From assembly GCA_963702845.1 (NCBI GenBank), contig OY969763.1, positions 5,600,001 through 5,664,000 on the forward strand: DNA of 64,000 bases, written 5' to 3'. Position numbers and translations under genes: made by a program. Each line of letters opens with the position of its first letter. The stretch's first letter is position 1. Positions 53,001 to 62,465 of this stretch are shown here, piece after piece. The DNA is from an uncultured Verrucomicrobiae bacterium. GTDB taxonomy: Bacteria > Verrucomicrobiota > Verrucomicrobiia > Limisphaerales > Palsa-1400. A model generated the notes under the pieces. It saw only the letters and a list, made by a program, of their open reading frames with translations, had not been told where the DNA came from and searched no databases.

Positions 53001-56000
53001 ATCTGATTTGACGAGCATGGTTGTGTGCCCAACCCAGAGCGCCACGTTTACGACGGTTCCTTCCGGTACTGGACCGTTCAGCTATCTGTGGAGCAAAGAT
53101 GGTCAGGTGATCGCAAGTGAAACGACTGATCACATCACGTTGAACAACGTGACTGCTGCAAATGCCGGCACCTATAGCGTTCATGTCACTGGTATCTGCA
53201 ACAGCGTCGACAAGAGCGCGACGTTGATCGTGAATGAAAATACGGCGGCGACTGCTTTGACGGATATCGTGCTCTGCCCTGGTCAAGCGATGACGTTTGC
53301 GACGGTGGTTTCTGGCACTGGTCCGTTTGGTTTCGTGTGGAAGAAGGATGGTGTCGTTCTGGATGGCCAAACGACAAATAGCTTCAACATCGGTCCGGTT
53401 GCTGCGATTGACGCGGGAACTTATACGGTTGAAGTGACGGGCGTTTGCAACAGCGTGACCAATAGTGCGGTTGTCACAATTAATCAGAACGTTAGTTCGA
53501 GCGCCTTGACGGATCTGGTCGTTTGCCAAGGTGCACCGGCGATATTCTCAACAACGCCGGCTGGCACTGGACCATATACATATGTGTGGAAGAAAGACGG
53601 CGCGGTGTTGTCGGGCGAAACGCAAAACAGCCTGACAATTGCGTCGGCGGATCTGGGCAATGCGGGAACATATTCAGTGGAAGTGGCTGGCGTTTGCACT
53701 GCGGTGACGAATAGCGCGACGTTGATCGTCAATACCACGACGACGACTACGGATTTGACGAGTCTGACATTGTGCCCCGGCCAAAACGCGTCGTTTGGCA
53801 CGATTCCTTCGGGGACTGGACCGTTTACATATGTGTGGACCAAGGACGGTCAGGTGATGGCGAGTGAAACAGCGGATCACATCACCGTCAATGGAGTCGC
53901 AGCGGCGAACGCGGGTACTTACAGCGTGCACGTGACCGGCACATGCAACGGCGTGGATAAGAGTGCGACATTGACAGTGAATGAAAACACGGCGGCAACA
54001 AGTTTGACTGATCTCGTTTTGTGTCCCGGCCAATCGGCAGCATTTACGACGGCAGTCTCTGGCACCGGACCGTTTGGATATGTGTGGAAGAAGGATGGTG
54101 GGGTGTTGACTGGTGAGACTACGAACACGATCAGCATTGCAACGGTCACTGCGGTCAATGCTGGGACTTACACGGTCGAAGTCACTGGTGTTTGCAATAG
54201 CGTGACGAATACGGCGACCTTGACGGTGAACAAAAATGTGAGCGCGACGGCGCTCAGCGATGTGGTGGTTTGCGAAAATCAATCGGCGGTATTTACGACG
54301 ACCGCGTCGGGCACTGGGCCGTTGGCTTACGTGTGGAAGAAGGACGGTAGTGTTTTGCCGAGTCAAACCGACAGCAGCGTCAGCATTGCATCGGCTCAGG
54401 TAAGTGACGCGGGAATATACACAGTGGAAGTTACTGGTGTTTGCACGAGCGTCACGAACAGCGCGACTTTGACGGTCAATCGCTTAACCACGACTTCTGA
54501 TTTGACGAGCCTGGTTGTTTGTCCGAGCCAAAGTGCGACCTTCACGACCGTTCCTTCTGGTACCGGACCGTTCAGCTACGTGTGGAGCAAGGATGGTCAA
54601 ACGATCGCCTCTGAAACGGCTGACCACATCACGCTGAACAATGTGACTGCGGCCAATGCGGGCACCTACAGCGTGCATGTGACCGGGACATGCAACAGCG
54701 TGGATAAGAGCGCGACGTTGACCGTAAATGAAAATACGACGACGACGGCACTGACGAGTTTGGTGTTGTGCCCTGGTCAAACGGCGACGTTTACGACCAT
54801 AGCTTCTGGCACTGGCCCCTTGAGCTACGTGTGGAAGAAGGATGGCGTGGTGCAAGGCAGCGCGTCCGACACATTGACGATTGGTGCGGTCGCGAGTGGC
54901 GATGCGGGAACTTATAGTGTGGAAGTGACCGGAACGTGCACGAGCGTGACGAACACGGCGACGTTGACGGTGAATGAAAATGCTACTGCGACAGCACTGA
55001 CGAGTTTGGTGCTCTGCCCTGGGCAGCCTGCAACCTTCACGACCGTTGCTTCCGGCACTGGTCCATTGACGTATGTATGGAAGAAGGACGGTGTTGTGCA
55101 AGGCAGCGCAACCAACGCGCTGACGATTGCGGCTGTCACGAGCGCTGACGCGGGCACTTACACAATTGAAGTCATCGGAACATGCACGAGCGTGACAAAT
55201 TCTGCGACGTTGACCGTGAACGAAAACACGGCGGCGACGAGTTTGACTGATCTCATTTTGTGCCCTGGCCAATCCGCAGCATTTGCGACGACTGTGTCCG
55301 GCACTGGACCGTTTGGGTTCGTGTGGAAGAAGGATGACGTGGTCTTGCTTGGCGAGACCACTAACACCATCAGCATCGCAACGGTCACTGCGGCGAATGC
55401 CGGCATCTACACGGTTGAAGTCAGCGGTGTGTGCAACGCGGTGACGAACACGGCGACTTTGACGGTGAACGAGAATGTGAGTGCGACAGCGCTAAGTGAC
55501 GTTGTGGTTTGCGAAAATCAATCGGCGGCGTTCTCGACGACGGCGTCGGGCACGGGTCCTTTGACTTACGTGTGGAAGAAGGACGGCAGCGTTCTGCCAG
55601 GTCAAACTGATAGCAGCATCAGCATCGCATCGGCGCAGGTAAGTGATGCGGGAATGTACACAGTGGAAGTCACGGGTCTTTGCACGAGTGCGACGAACAG
55701 CGCCACGTTGACTGTTAATCGTCTGACGACGACATCTGATTTGACGAGCCTTGTCGTCTGCCCAACTCAGAGCGCCACGTTTACAACGGTTCCTTCAGGC
55801 GCCGGACCGTTCAGCTTTGTCTGGAGCAAAGATGGTCAGGTAATCGCAACCGAAACCAGTGCTCACATCACGTTGAACAACGTCACTGCTGCCGACGCAG
55901 GCACATACAGCGTCCATGTCACCGGCATTTGCAACAGTGCTGACAAGAGCGCCACGCTGACCGTTAATGAAAACACGGCGGCAACAAGTTTAACTGATCT

Positions 56001-59000
56001 CGTTTTGTGCCCCGGCCAATTGGCCGTATTTACGACGACGGTGTCTGGCACCGGACCGTTTGGGTTTGTGTGGAAGAAAGATGGCGTGGTGTTGCCGGGC
56101 GAAACCACCAACACAATCAACATCGCCTCGGTGACAGCGACGAATGCGGGGAGTTACACGGTGGAAGTCAATGGCGTTTGCAACAGCGTTACGAACACGG
56201 CCACTTTAACGGTGAACGCAAACGTGAGTGCCACAGCGTTAACGGATGTTGTGGTTTGTGAAAATCAACCCGCAACCTTCTCGACGACGGCATCCGGCAC
56301 CGGGCCGTTGGCTTACGTGTGGAAAAAGGACGGAACTGTTCTGCCAAGTCAAACCGACAGCAGCATCAGCATTGCATCGGCTCAGGTAAGTGACGCGGGA
56401 ATGTACACAGTGGAAGTCACTGGTCTTTGCACCAGCATGACGAACAGCGCCACGTTGACCGTTAATCGCCTCACGACCACATCTGATTTGACGAGCCTTG
56501 TCGTCTGCCCAACTCAGAGCGCCACGTTTACAACGGTTCCTTCTGGTAGCGGACCGTTTAGCTTCGTCTGGAGCAAGGATGGCCAGGTGATCGCAACCGA
56601 AACCACTGACCATATCACGTTGAATAATGTGATTGCTGCAAATGCGGGCACCTACAGCGTCCATGTCACTGGAACCTGCAACAGCGCTGACAAGAGCGCC
56701 ACCTTGACGGTGAATGAAAATACGGCGGCGACTGCTTTGACGGATATCGTGCTCTGCCCGGGTCAGCCGGCCACGTTCTTAACCATTCCTAGTGGCACTG
56801 GTCCGTTCGCCTACGTGTGGAAGAAAAATGGAATTGCGCAAAACAGCACGTCTAATTCATTGATTGTTCTGTCGATCACCAGTGGCGACGCGGGCACGTA
56901 TACTGTTGAAGTTTCCGGCACGTGCACCAGTGTGACAAATTCTGCGACGCTGACCGTGAACACGAACACATCGGCGACGGCGTTGGTGGATATCGTCCGG
57001 TGCCCCGGCAGTTCCGCTGTATTTAGCACGGTTGCGAGCGGCACTGGGCCGTTTACATATTTGTGGCGCAAGAATGGCACCGTGGTGAATGGCCAATCCG
57101 GCAGTTCGCTCACGATCGCTGCTGCCACGTCAACTGACGCTGCCGCGTATAGTGTTGAAGTCAGTGGCGTTTGCCATAGCGTCACAAACACCGCATCGCT
57201 TGTTGTGAATACGAACGTCAGTGCCACTCCGCTGACCGGCATCAACGCCTGCCCCGGCACGACCGCTACTTTCAGCACTGTCGCTACCGGCACCGGTCCC
57301 ATTACTTACGTTTGGAAAAAGAACGGCCAGATTCTCAACGCCCAAACAAATCCGTCGCTGTCGCTGACACTAGTTAGCGCGAGCGATTCGGGCACGTATT
57401 CGGTTGAGGTTTCCGGAACGTGCAACAGTGTCACAAACAGTGCGATGCTCAGTGTGGACACCCTGGTGGCGACGCCATTGATCAATACAACTACTTGCCA
57501 GAATCAACCGGTGACGTTCTCAACAGTCGCCAATGGCACCGGACCGTTCAGCTACGTGTGGAATAAAAATGGCGCAATCATCGCGGCCGCGACCATCAGT
57601 TCCTACACCATTCCGAGCGCGCAAACATCTGACGCTGGCACTTATAGCGTTGTGGTCAGTTCGAGTTGTTCGTCGATTACGAATACGGCAACGCTATCGG
57701 TGGGGCAATCGTTGACGGCGAGCGCGCTGGTCCCAGTGACCCGTTGCCCTGGGCAATCGGCCACGTTCACCACTGCTGTCAGCGGTGGCGGTCCGTTTGT
57801 ATTCGTGTGGAAACAGAACGGCCAGATTCTCGCAGGCCAAACCACTAACTCACTCACCTTCAGTTCGCTTGCGAACGGCAACAGCGGAACGTATTCCATC
57901 GAAGTCACGGGTACCTGCAATAGCGTGACCAACAGTGCAATCTTGACGGTGAAGACGAACGCCAGTGCCACGCCGGTTGGTGATTACACAGTGTGCTCGG
58001 GCCAAAGCGTTACATTCACCACGACTGCTTCCGGCACGGCGCCGTTCGCCTATCGTTGGCGCAGAAACGGCAGCGTTATATCCGGGGCAACAGCCAGTGT
58101 GCTGACGATTGCGTCGGCCACTACGACCAATACTGGAACCTATAGCGTCGAAGTGACCGGTACATGCAATACTGCAACCAACTTCGGTTCGTTGACAGTG
58201 GCCACGCAAACGACCATCACAGCGCTCGCCGATCAGAATATTTGCTCCGGCGAAAACGTGATTGTATTCAGCACGACTCCTTCGGGCGGCGCGCCGTTCG
58301 CTTTCACGTGGAAGACTAACGGAACTGTGATTAGCGGTCAGACAACTAACGTGCTGACGCTGACCAACGTGCCTCCTTCGACCAATGCTTACATCGTGTC
58401 TGTTGACGTGACGGGTGGTTGCGGCAGCGCGTCGAGCACAGCGAACCTGATGGTTTACGGAGTTACCAATGTCCCTGGTGCGATCACGTTCGGCTCCGGC
58501 CAGGATATCAAAATCAACGACAACCAACCGGCGACGCCATACCCGGCCAACATTTTCGTGCATTGTATTCCCGGTATTCCGAAGAAAGTGACGGTCACGC
58601 TGCGCAACGTCACACATTCTTATCCAAGAGACATTAATGCGATGTTGGTTAGTCCAAGCGGGCAAGCTGTGCCGCTGATGATTGAATGCGGCGGCGCCGG
58701 TCCGATATCATTTGTGACGTTAACCTTTGATGATGCAGCCGCGTCGTCACTGCCGCAAAACGACCAAATCATCAGCGGCACCTACAAGCCGACGTCGTAT
58801 CTGTCGAATCCGGAGTTCCCGGTGCCTGCGCCGCAGCCGAATGCAGTTGGTTTAAGCTCTCTCGCGGGCCGAGATCCGACCGGCACGTGGTCGCTCTACG
58901 TGCTCGACGACGATATTATTGACGACGGCTTCATGAAAGGCGGTTGGGAACTAACGTTATTCTACGGTGACGACGTCGCGCCGAAGTTCGTCAACTGGGG

Positions 59001-59196
59001 CTGCCTCGACGACGGAACGTTCCAAACCACGTTGATTGGCACCGCTGGATTGACACACGTCGTGCAGTCCTCGACCGACCTGGTGAACTGGACTTCAGTC
59101 GCGACGAACACGTTGCCAGAGGGAAGTTTCCTGTTCACAACGCCTGTGCCGACGACGGGAGTGAAACAATTCTATCGCGCCATCCGGACGCCGTAG
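47068..59196 (+). CDS. Giant secreted Ig-repeat surface protein (DUF11-like domain, 42 Ig-like repeats, proprotein-convertase P-like domain, conserved C-terminal module)
   Basis: 4042-aa uninterrupted ORF with signal peptide; DLSIVKTGP...VTYTL; 42 counted Y/F-x-W-x-K-[DN]-G...DAGTYTV repeats; HSYPRDI.AMLVSPSG...GTWSLYV; ends ...W...FYRA. Confidence 0.92.
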   Translation: MENQMMVIGETNVDINRNVTVQKTGCLTFAERVRGKFATLLLVVVAVFSSAQVVHAAVTYSLDGQVNGSSTWGNKLSGYKELDCMPCRVDMIGGPGTNLVITINFPRDNGTTPCIQDLYSWSYSSNVVVVSPPALTVSTGSIWTYSLTVTVTNGAEADVYFCARLAAGAHGIPGTSEKITGTGGSVQIVKPGAGSGTPDLSIVKTGPSLINAGSFVTYTLTWSNTTASTAGGVQITDFLPTNAVFVSCSGGCTGNTNNSTIVWDLGLLAKGASGIVSYTMFVSTNTLNGSSVVNTATILTADNDSNSANNTSTVTSTVTSGCVAASIGAQPVSIVVCPGTAATVSVGANGTTPYAYQWQKNGTNISGATASAYTIASASAADVASYSVVVTNGCGSVTSSAATVTLYTATTASALTNQIACPSNSVAFATTASGTGPFTYQWQKNGSNLTTQTNSSIALTNVSAADSATYSVLVTGNCNSVTNSATLTVNTLASSAGLTSITNNCSGTTAAFTEVVSGTGPFTYVWKKNGAVVSGQTSSSFVIPATATTDSGTYAVEVTGSCNSITNSATLVVSTGTFGTALTNLVLCPGNSASFSTVASGAAPFSYQWRKNGANISGQTTSAYNIGSVSITDAGTYSVEITGNCNKITNSATLAVNTLLSGGSFGGQTVCVGQSATFTTVPAGSAPFTYVWKKDGVVQGITSNLLTVVSATTGDAGTYTVEINGPCNSITNSGTLTVNSATTASALISLTNCPGQSATFSTVASGTSPFTYVWKKDGVVQSSTSSSLTVASVSGGDAGTYTVVVMGACNSVTNSAMLAVNTATAATALNDLTNCVGQSVAFTTAASGTGPFTYVWKKDGIVQGSTSNTLSVASIATGDAGSYTVEITGTCNSVTNSATLMVNTLTTATALTPIITCEGQSATFSTTGAGAGPLTYVWKKNGVNLGNSSSSLTIASTAIADSGTYTVEVTGVCNSVTNSATLTVNALATASALNNLTNCVGQSVAFSTVASGTGLFSYVWKKDGVVQGSTSNTLSVASIAMADAGSYTVEITGTCNSVTNSATLTVNSPTTASLLTSLVLCPGQSASFTTTPSGSGPFTYVWKKDGIIQSSASDTLTIGSVASGDAGTYTVEVTGTCNSVTNTATLTVNDPTTATVLNSLTICPGQSAAFGTTASGTGPFTYVWKKDGVVQASTTNLLTIASATSADAGSFTVEVAGACNSVTNSATLTVNASTGATGLVDLVLCSGQSATFSTTASGTGPFSYVWKKDGVVMGTTTNTLTIASVATADGGIYTVEVSGACNTVTNSATLTVNELTTATPLIDVVTCGQSATFSTVVSGAGPFTYIWKKNGVVQSSATNSLTVPSVTSADAGTYTVEVSGSCNSVTNSAMLTVNADTSAAALNNQVVCPGQSATFSTVASGSGPFTYVWKKDGAVQSSTSSSLTIASVASGDAGTYTVEVNGACNSATNSATLAVNTPTSTSVLSSLVVCPGQSATFTTVPSGTGPFVYVWKKDGVIQAITMNVVTIASAAAADGGTYTVEVSGVCNSVTNSATLTVSENTVATSLTDIVLCPSQSATFTTTVSGTGPFGYVWKKDGVVLVGESTNTISIASVSAANAGSYTLEVTGVCNAVTNTATLTVNENVSATALSDVVVCENQPAAFTTTASGTGPFAYVWKKDGSVLPGQTDSSVSIASTQVSDAGIYTVEVTGLCTSVTNIATLTVNRLTTTSDLTSLVVCPGQSATFTTVASGAGPFSYVWSKDGQTIATETADHITLDNVAAANAGTYSVHVTGICNSADKSATLTVNENTAATSLTDLVLCPGQSAAFTTAVSGTGPFGYVWKKDGVVLTGETTNTISIGSVTAGNAGAYTVEVTGVCKSVTNTATLTVNENVSATALSDVVVCENQLAAFSTTASGAGPLAYVWKKDGSVLSGQTDSSISIASAQVANAGTYTVEVTGLCTSVTNSATLTVNRLTATSDLTSMVVCPTQSATFTTVPSGTGPFSYLWSKDGQVIASETTDHITLNNVTAANAGTYSVHVTGICNSVDKSATLIVNENTAATALTDIVLCPGQAMTFATVVSGTGPFGFVWKKDGVVLDGQTTNSFNIGPVAAIDAGTYTVEVTGVCNSVTNSAVVTINQNVSSSALTDLVVCQGAPAIFSTTPAGTGPYTYVWKKDGAVLSGETQNSLTIASADLGNAGTYSVEVAGVCTAVTNSATLIVNTTTTTTDLTSLTLCPGQNASFGTIPSGTGPFTYVWTKDGQVMASETADHITVNGVAAANAGTYSVHVTGTCNGVDKSATLTVNENTAATSLTDLVLCPGQSAAFTTAVSGTGPFGYVWKKDGGVLTGETTNTISIATVTAVNAGTYTVEVTGVCNSVTNTATLTVNKNVSATALSDVVVCENQSAVFTTTASGTGPLAYVWKKDGSVLPSQTDSSVSIASAQVSDAGIYTVEVTGVCTSVTNSATLTVNRLTTTSDLTSLVVCPSQSATFTTVPSGTGPFSYVWSKDGQTIASETADHITLNNVTAANAGTYSVHVTGTCNSVDKSATLTVNENTTTTALTSLVLCPGQTATFTTIASGTGPLSYVWKKDGVVQGSASDTLTIGAVASGDAGTYSVEVTGTCTSVTNTATLTVNENATATALTSLVLCPGQPATFTTVASGTGPLTYVWKKDGVVQGSATNALTIAAVTSADAGTYTIEVIGTCTSVTNSATLTVNENTAATSLTDLILCPGQSAAFATTVSGTGPFGFVWKKDDVVLLGETTNTISIATVTAANAGIYTVEVSGVCNAVTNTATLTVNENVSATALSDVVVCENQSAAFSTTASGTGPLTYVWKKDGSVLPGQTDSSISIASAQVSDAGMYTVEVTGLCTSATNSATLTVNRLTTTSDLTSLVVCPTQSATFTTVPSGAGPFSFVWSKDGQVIATETSAHITLNNVTAADAGTYSVHVTGICNSADKSATLTVNENTAATSLTDLVLCPGQLAVFTTTVSGTGPFGFVWKKDGVVLPGETTNTINIASVTATNAGSYTVEVNGVCNSVTNTATLTVNANVSATALTDVVVCENQPATFSTTASGTGPLAYVWKKDGTVLPSQTDSSISIASAQVSDAGMYTVEVTGLCTSMTNSATLTVNRLTTTSDLTSLVVCPTQSATFTTVPSGSGPFSFVWSKDGQVIATETTDHITLNNVIAANAGTYSVHVTGTCNSADKSATLTVNENTAATALTDIVLCPGQPATFLTIPSGTGPFAYVWKKNGIAQNSTSNSLIVLSITSGDAGTYTVEVSGTCTSVTNSATLTVNTNTSATALVDIVRCPGSSAVFSTVASGTGPFTYLWRKNGTVVNGQSGSSLTIAAATSTDAAAYSVEVSGVCHSVTNTASLVVNTNVSATPLTGINACPGTTATFSTVATGTGPITYVWKKNGQILNAQTNPSLSLTLVSASDSGTYSVEVSGTCNSVTNSAMLSVDTLVATPLINTTTCQNQPVTFSTVANGTGPFSYVWNKNGAIIAAATISSYTIPSAQTSDAGTYSVVVSSSCSSITNTATLSVGQSLTASALVPVTRCPGQSATFTTAVSGGGPFVFVWKQNGQILAGQTTNSLTFSSLANGNSGTYSIEVTGTCNSVTNSAILTVKTNASATPVGDYTVCSGQSVTFTTTASGTAPFAYRWRRNGSVISGATASVLTIASATTTNTGTYSVEVTGTCNTATNFGSLTVATQTTITALADQNICSGENVIVFSTTPSGGAPFAFTWKTNGTVISGQTTNVLTLTNVPPSTNAYIVSVDVTGGCGSASSTANLMVYGVTNVPGAITFGSGQDIKINDNQPATPYPANIFVHCIPGIPKKVTVTLRNVTHSYPRDINAMLVSPSGQAVPLMIECGGAGPISFVTLTFDDAAASSLPQNDQIISGTYKPTSYLSNPEFPVPAPQPNAVGLSSLAGRDPTGTWSLYVLDDDIIDDGFMKGGWELTLFYGDDVAPKFVNWGCLDDGTFQTTLIGTAGLTHVVQSSTDLVNWTSVATNTLPEGSFLFTTPVPTTGVKQFYRAIRTP

Positions 59197-59208
59197 TCCG
59201 GAGGCGCG

Positions 59209-60630
59209 TTACCGGATACGCTCCGCCAACTCCGCGGCTGGGTAAGTCCAGATTTCGGCCAACGTGGGGTGATAGTGCGGCATCGCCGCGAGTTGGTTAA
59301 CCGTCATGCGATTGTGCATCGCAGTGATGATCTCGTGAATTAATTCGCCCGCGACCGGGCCGACGCAAGCACCACCAATGATTTCGCCCGATTCCGGATT
59401 GGCGAGCAGTTTCACGAAGCCGTCTTTAGCATCCATAATCATGGACTTACCGTGATCGCTGAAAGGATAGGACGCGACTACGAATGGCACACCGCGCGCG
59501 CTCGCTTCGCGTTCTGTTAATCCAACGGTAGCAATTTGCGGATCGGTGAAGACCACACTCGTCAGTAAACGATAATCCATCGCGCGCTTGCGTCGCGGAT
59601 AAGCAATGTTGTTGGCCGCTACCTCGCCTTGCTCAATGCCGATGTGGACGATTTCGTAGGGGCCGGAACAATCGCCCGCCGCATATATGTGCGGCGCGCT
59701 GGTTTGCATTTCCAGCGTGGTAACAATGCGGCCGTATTCTGTTTCTACTCCTGAGTTTTCGAGGCCAAGCGAAGCTGTGTTCGGCACGCGGCCGAGCGCA
59801 AATAGAATTTCCTGCGCTGCGACTTTGTGCGTTGAATCGTCGTGCTCGAATTGTATTTGCTTCAATCGCCCACGCCGCGCGGCACTCAGCAAACGGGTAT
59901 TGCTGATGACGCGGACATTTTCACGACGGAAAACTTTTGTGAGCACTTGAGCGGCGTCGATGTCGAAGTCGCGCAACAGATGTTCGCTGCGTTGAATGAC
60001 CGTGACCTCGACATCAAACCGCACAAAAAACTGCGCGAGTTCGACTGCGATCGCTCCACCGCCAAGGACTATGAGTGATTTCGGCGGCTTTTCCAACGAG
60101 AGCGCTTCGTCGCTGGTGAGAAAGCCGACTTCGTTCAGGTGCGGCAGCGGTGATGGCGCAATCGTTGATCCGGTGGTGATGACGAAGTTTTTGGCTGTGA
60201 TCGTCTTCGGAACACGTTGTTTGGATTCGCTTGGCAGGGCGGTGAGTTCCAGCGTGTGTGGGTCCCGAAAACGCGCGAGCGCCCGGATAAAAGTGAATCG
60301 GCCCTTTTCCAACTGCTCGTGCCGGTAGTTCGCGAAATCGGCGATCATCTCGGCTTTGCGCGCCATGACGGCTTTGAAATCGAAACCGATCTTCGGGATT
60401 TTCAGGCCCCAGGTTTTGCCGCTACGCGCAAGATGTAAAACATGCGCTGCGTGCAGCAACGCTTTGCTCGGCATACACCCGCGCAGGATGCAGAGACCGC
60501 CCACTTCCTTGCCGCCTTCGATGACAACGACGCGCAATTTTGCATCAGCCGCGCTGCGTGCCGCGGCGTAACCGGCGCTGCCGCCGCCAATCACCGCGAC
60601 ATCAAAGTCAAATGAACTCGATCGTTTCAT
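59209..60630 (-). CDS. Dihydrolipoyl-dehydrogenase-family pyridine nucleotide-disulfide oxidoreductase
   Basis: GGGSAG, GGLCILRGCMPSK, GGGAIA.E, AAGD, HPTLAE. Confidence 0.9.
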   Translation of the reverse strand: MKRSSSFDFDVAVIGGGSAGYAAARSAADAKLRVVVIEGGKEVGGLCILRGCMPSKALLHAAHVLHLARSGKTWGLKIPKIGFDFKAVMARKAEMIADFANYRHEQLEKGRFTFIRALARFRDPHTLELTALPSESKQRVPKTITAKNFVITTGSTIAPSPLPHLNEVGFLTSDEALSLEKPPKSLIVLGGGAIAVELAQFFVRFDVEVTVIQRSEHLLRDFDIDAAQVLTKVFRRENVRVISNTRLLSAARRGRLKQIQFEHDDSTHKVAAQEILFALGRVPNTASLGLENSGVETEYGRIVTTLEMQTSAPHIYAAGDCSGPYEIVHIGIEQGEVAANNIAYPRRKRAMDYRLLTSVVFTDPQIATVGLTEREASARGVPFVVASYPFSDHGKSMIMDAKDGFVKLLANPESGEIIGGACVGPVAGELIHEIITAMHNRMTVNQLAAMPHYHPTLAEIWTYPAAELAERIR

Positions 60631-60676
60631 TCAACTCAACATGCCTCCACATGTGAGTTGTCCAAGTGGAAAAATT

Positions 60677-61744
60677 TTAGGCGGGTTGTTCGCTGAGCCG
60701 TGGCCGGTCGCTAAGCCGTATCGGCAGCTTGGACGAATAAAATAAAACGAGCAGGTTCGCGGCGGTGATCAATCCACCACCGGTCAGCAAGTGCATCGTA
60801 ATTTTTTCATTGGCATATGCAATTCCCGCGAACGCAGAAAAGAGCCCGGGAATGAACAATGCAAAGATGCTCGTGAACAGGGGTTCGCAGCAGTAAATCA
60901 GGCTGGCATGCGTCGCGCAGATATGGCGCTGCCAATAATTCATCAGACCGTAAGCGAGCAGGGTGCACCCGAGCGTTAGGAAGACAATCAGCCCAATCGC
61001 TGGCGGGGAATTGTAACTTACCAGCCACTGGCTTGGATGTCCCCCGGTGACAGCGACTACCGGCAACATGATCAGCGCGATGCTCGCGAACATGATTGTC
61101 GTCGTTGGACCGCTGCGATTCTCCGTATACCTGGGCCGTTCCAGCCAAAGGATCTGGCCGGTGAAAAAGAGCGATGCCAAAATAGATTCCGCTTCACCGC
61201 GACCGAGGGTGAGTTGCGTCCAGTTAAAGTTGGACAGCAAGGCGACTCCGCTCGTCACCATCAAACAGCTCATCACTACAATTTTGGACGGCCAGCAACG
61301 TTTGCGTAGCGCAACGTAGATGGGAATGAAAATGCAATAGCACTGCGTCAGAAATGCGGAGGCCGATGCCGTCGTGTGCAACACGCCATCCATTTGGAAA
61401 AGAATCCCGAGTCCGCCGAACAATCCGAGGACCAACCCCTGCTTGAACTCCAGCCGGGTGATGTTGCGAACGCTGCGTGCACTACAAATCGCCGTTACCA
61501 CTGCGGCAATCCCGAAGCGCAACAGCAACGACATTGCCGATAAAAACCACGTGCTCGCATTCGGAAGAACCTGCCGCTGGCAATCGCTCAGCGATTTCAT
61601 CGCCACGAAACTGGCACCCCAGAAAGCTGTAGCGAAGAACAACAGCGCAACAGCTTTTGCAGATTTTTCCGACTTAACCAAAAACACCGGCCAACGATAG
61701 CACAGAATCAGAAACCCACAAATGGAGGCGCTCCTTTTTTGCAT
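60677..61744 (-). CDS. DMT/EamA family transporter (start may be ~55 nt downstream)
   Basis: FWGASF, LRF, ASAFLT, ASLIYCCEPLF; about 10 TMs. Confidence 0.88.
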   Translation of the reverse strand: MQKRSASICGFLILCYRWPVFLVKSEKSAKAVALLFFATAFWGASFVAMKSLSDCQRQVLPNASTWFLSAMSLLLRFGIAAVVTAICSARSVRNITRLEFKQGLVLGLFGGLGILFQMDGVLHTTASASAFLTQCYCIFIPIYVALRKRCWPSKIVVMSCLMVTSGVALLSNFNWTQLTLGRGEAESILASLFFTGQILWLERPRYTENRSGPTTTIMFASIALIMLPVVAVTGGHPSQWLVSYNSPPAIGLIVFLTLGCTLLAYGLMNYWQRHICATHASLIYCCEPLFTSIFALFIPGLFSAFAGIAYANEKITMHLLTGGGLITAANLLVLFYSSKLPIRLSDRPRLSEQPA

Positions 61745-62162
61745 GCCGCTTTAGCGGGGCGGCTACCGCACGTTTTTCTTCACCGGAAGCGAAAATTCGA
61801 GGCAATGTTTCAACACTTCAGTTACTGTTTCAGAGCGCTGCATTAATTCGGGCAACGTATAACCGGTTAATTGTTGTTCGATATATCTAGGGCTCCGACG
61901 TGCGGTCCCCGTGGTTTGCCTTTGTATGTGTGTGCATTCGATCTTACTGGTTTCTGCGGCTTTCATACTAGCAATGAATCAGCGTTCCAGCGCTGGCGCT
62001 TTGCGAGAATTGCGAAAATTTTTACCGCAATTGCCTGTTTCGCTTCAGTACAGCAACAAGGCGCGTTTTTTCAAACGCGCCCAGGTCGTTGCCATCTAAG
62101 TTTCCGGCAATGCTCAGTAGGAATGAGCGTTGGTAAGAGCCGGGTTTGCAGCCACCTCCCTG

Positions 62163-62381
62163 TCAGATTTTTTTGAAACGGCGCCCCGTGGAGGTCTGTT
62201 CGGTAGCGAGTTGTTGATCAAAAAGGTCAGACTCTTTTTCAAGTACGGTGGTGATTAGAAATAGTCCGAAGAAAATTGCAGCCATTGGACGGCCGAGGTC
62301 GAGATACATCGAATCACCAGCCGTGAAGCCCAAAACTGCACAAATAAGAGTTAAGATTAAGAAAACGTATTTTGCTCGCAC
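62163..62381 (-). CDS. Small two-TM membrane protein
   Basis: Two hydrophobic segments and a charged tail. Confidence 0.55.
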   Translation of the reverse strand: MRAKYVFLILTLICAVLGFTAGDSMYLDLGRPMAAIFFGLFLITTVLEKESDLFDQQLATEQTSTGRRFKKI

Positions 62382-62465
62382 GTCATCAATGTGGAGCGGA
62401 TGGGCGGCTCGCGCTCACCATTTATTGCCGAATGTCATCCGTATTTTGCCTACCCACCGGATCAA

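Noticed and set aside
59209..60630. Mercuric reductase merA
   Set aside because: No C-terminal Cys-Cys or mer genes; it has the HPTxxE motif of the lipoamide dehydrogenase type.
61763..62099. Small ORFs on both strands
   Set aside because: No recognisable motif, and I could not decide which, if either, is real.
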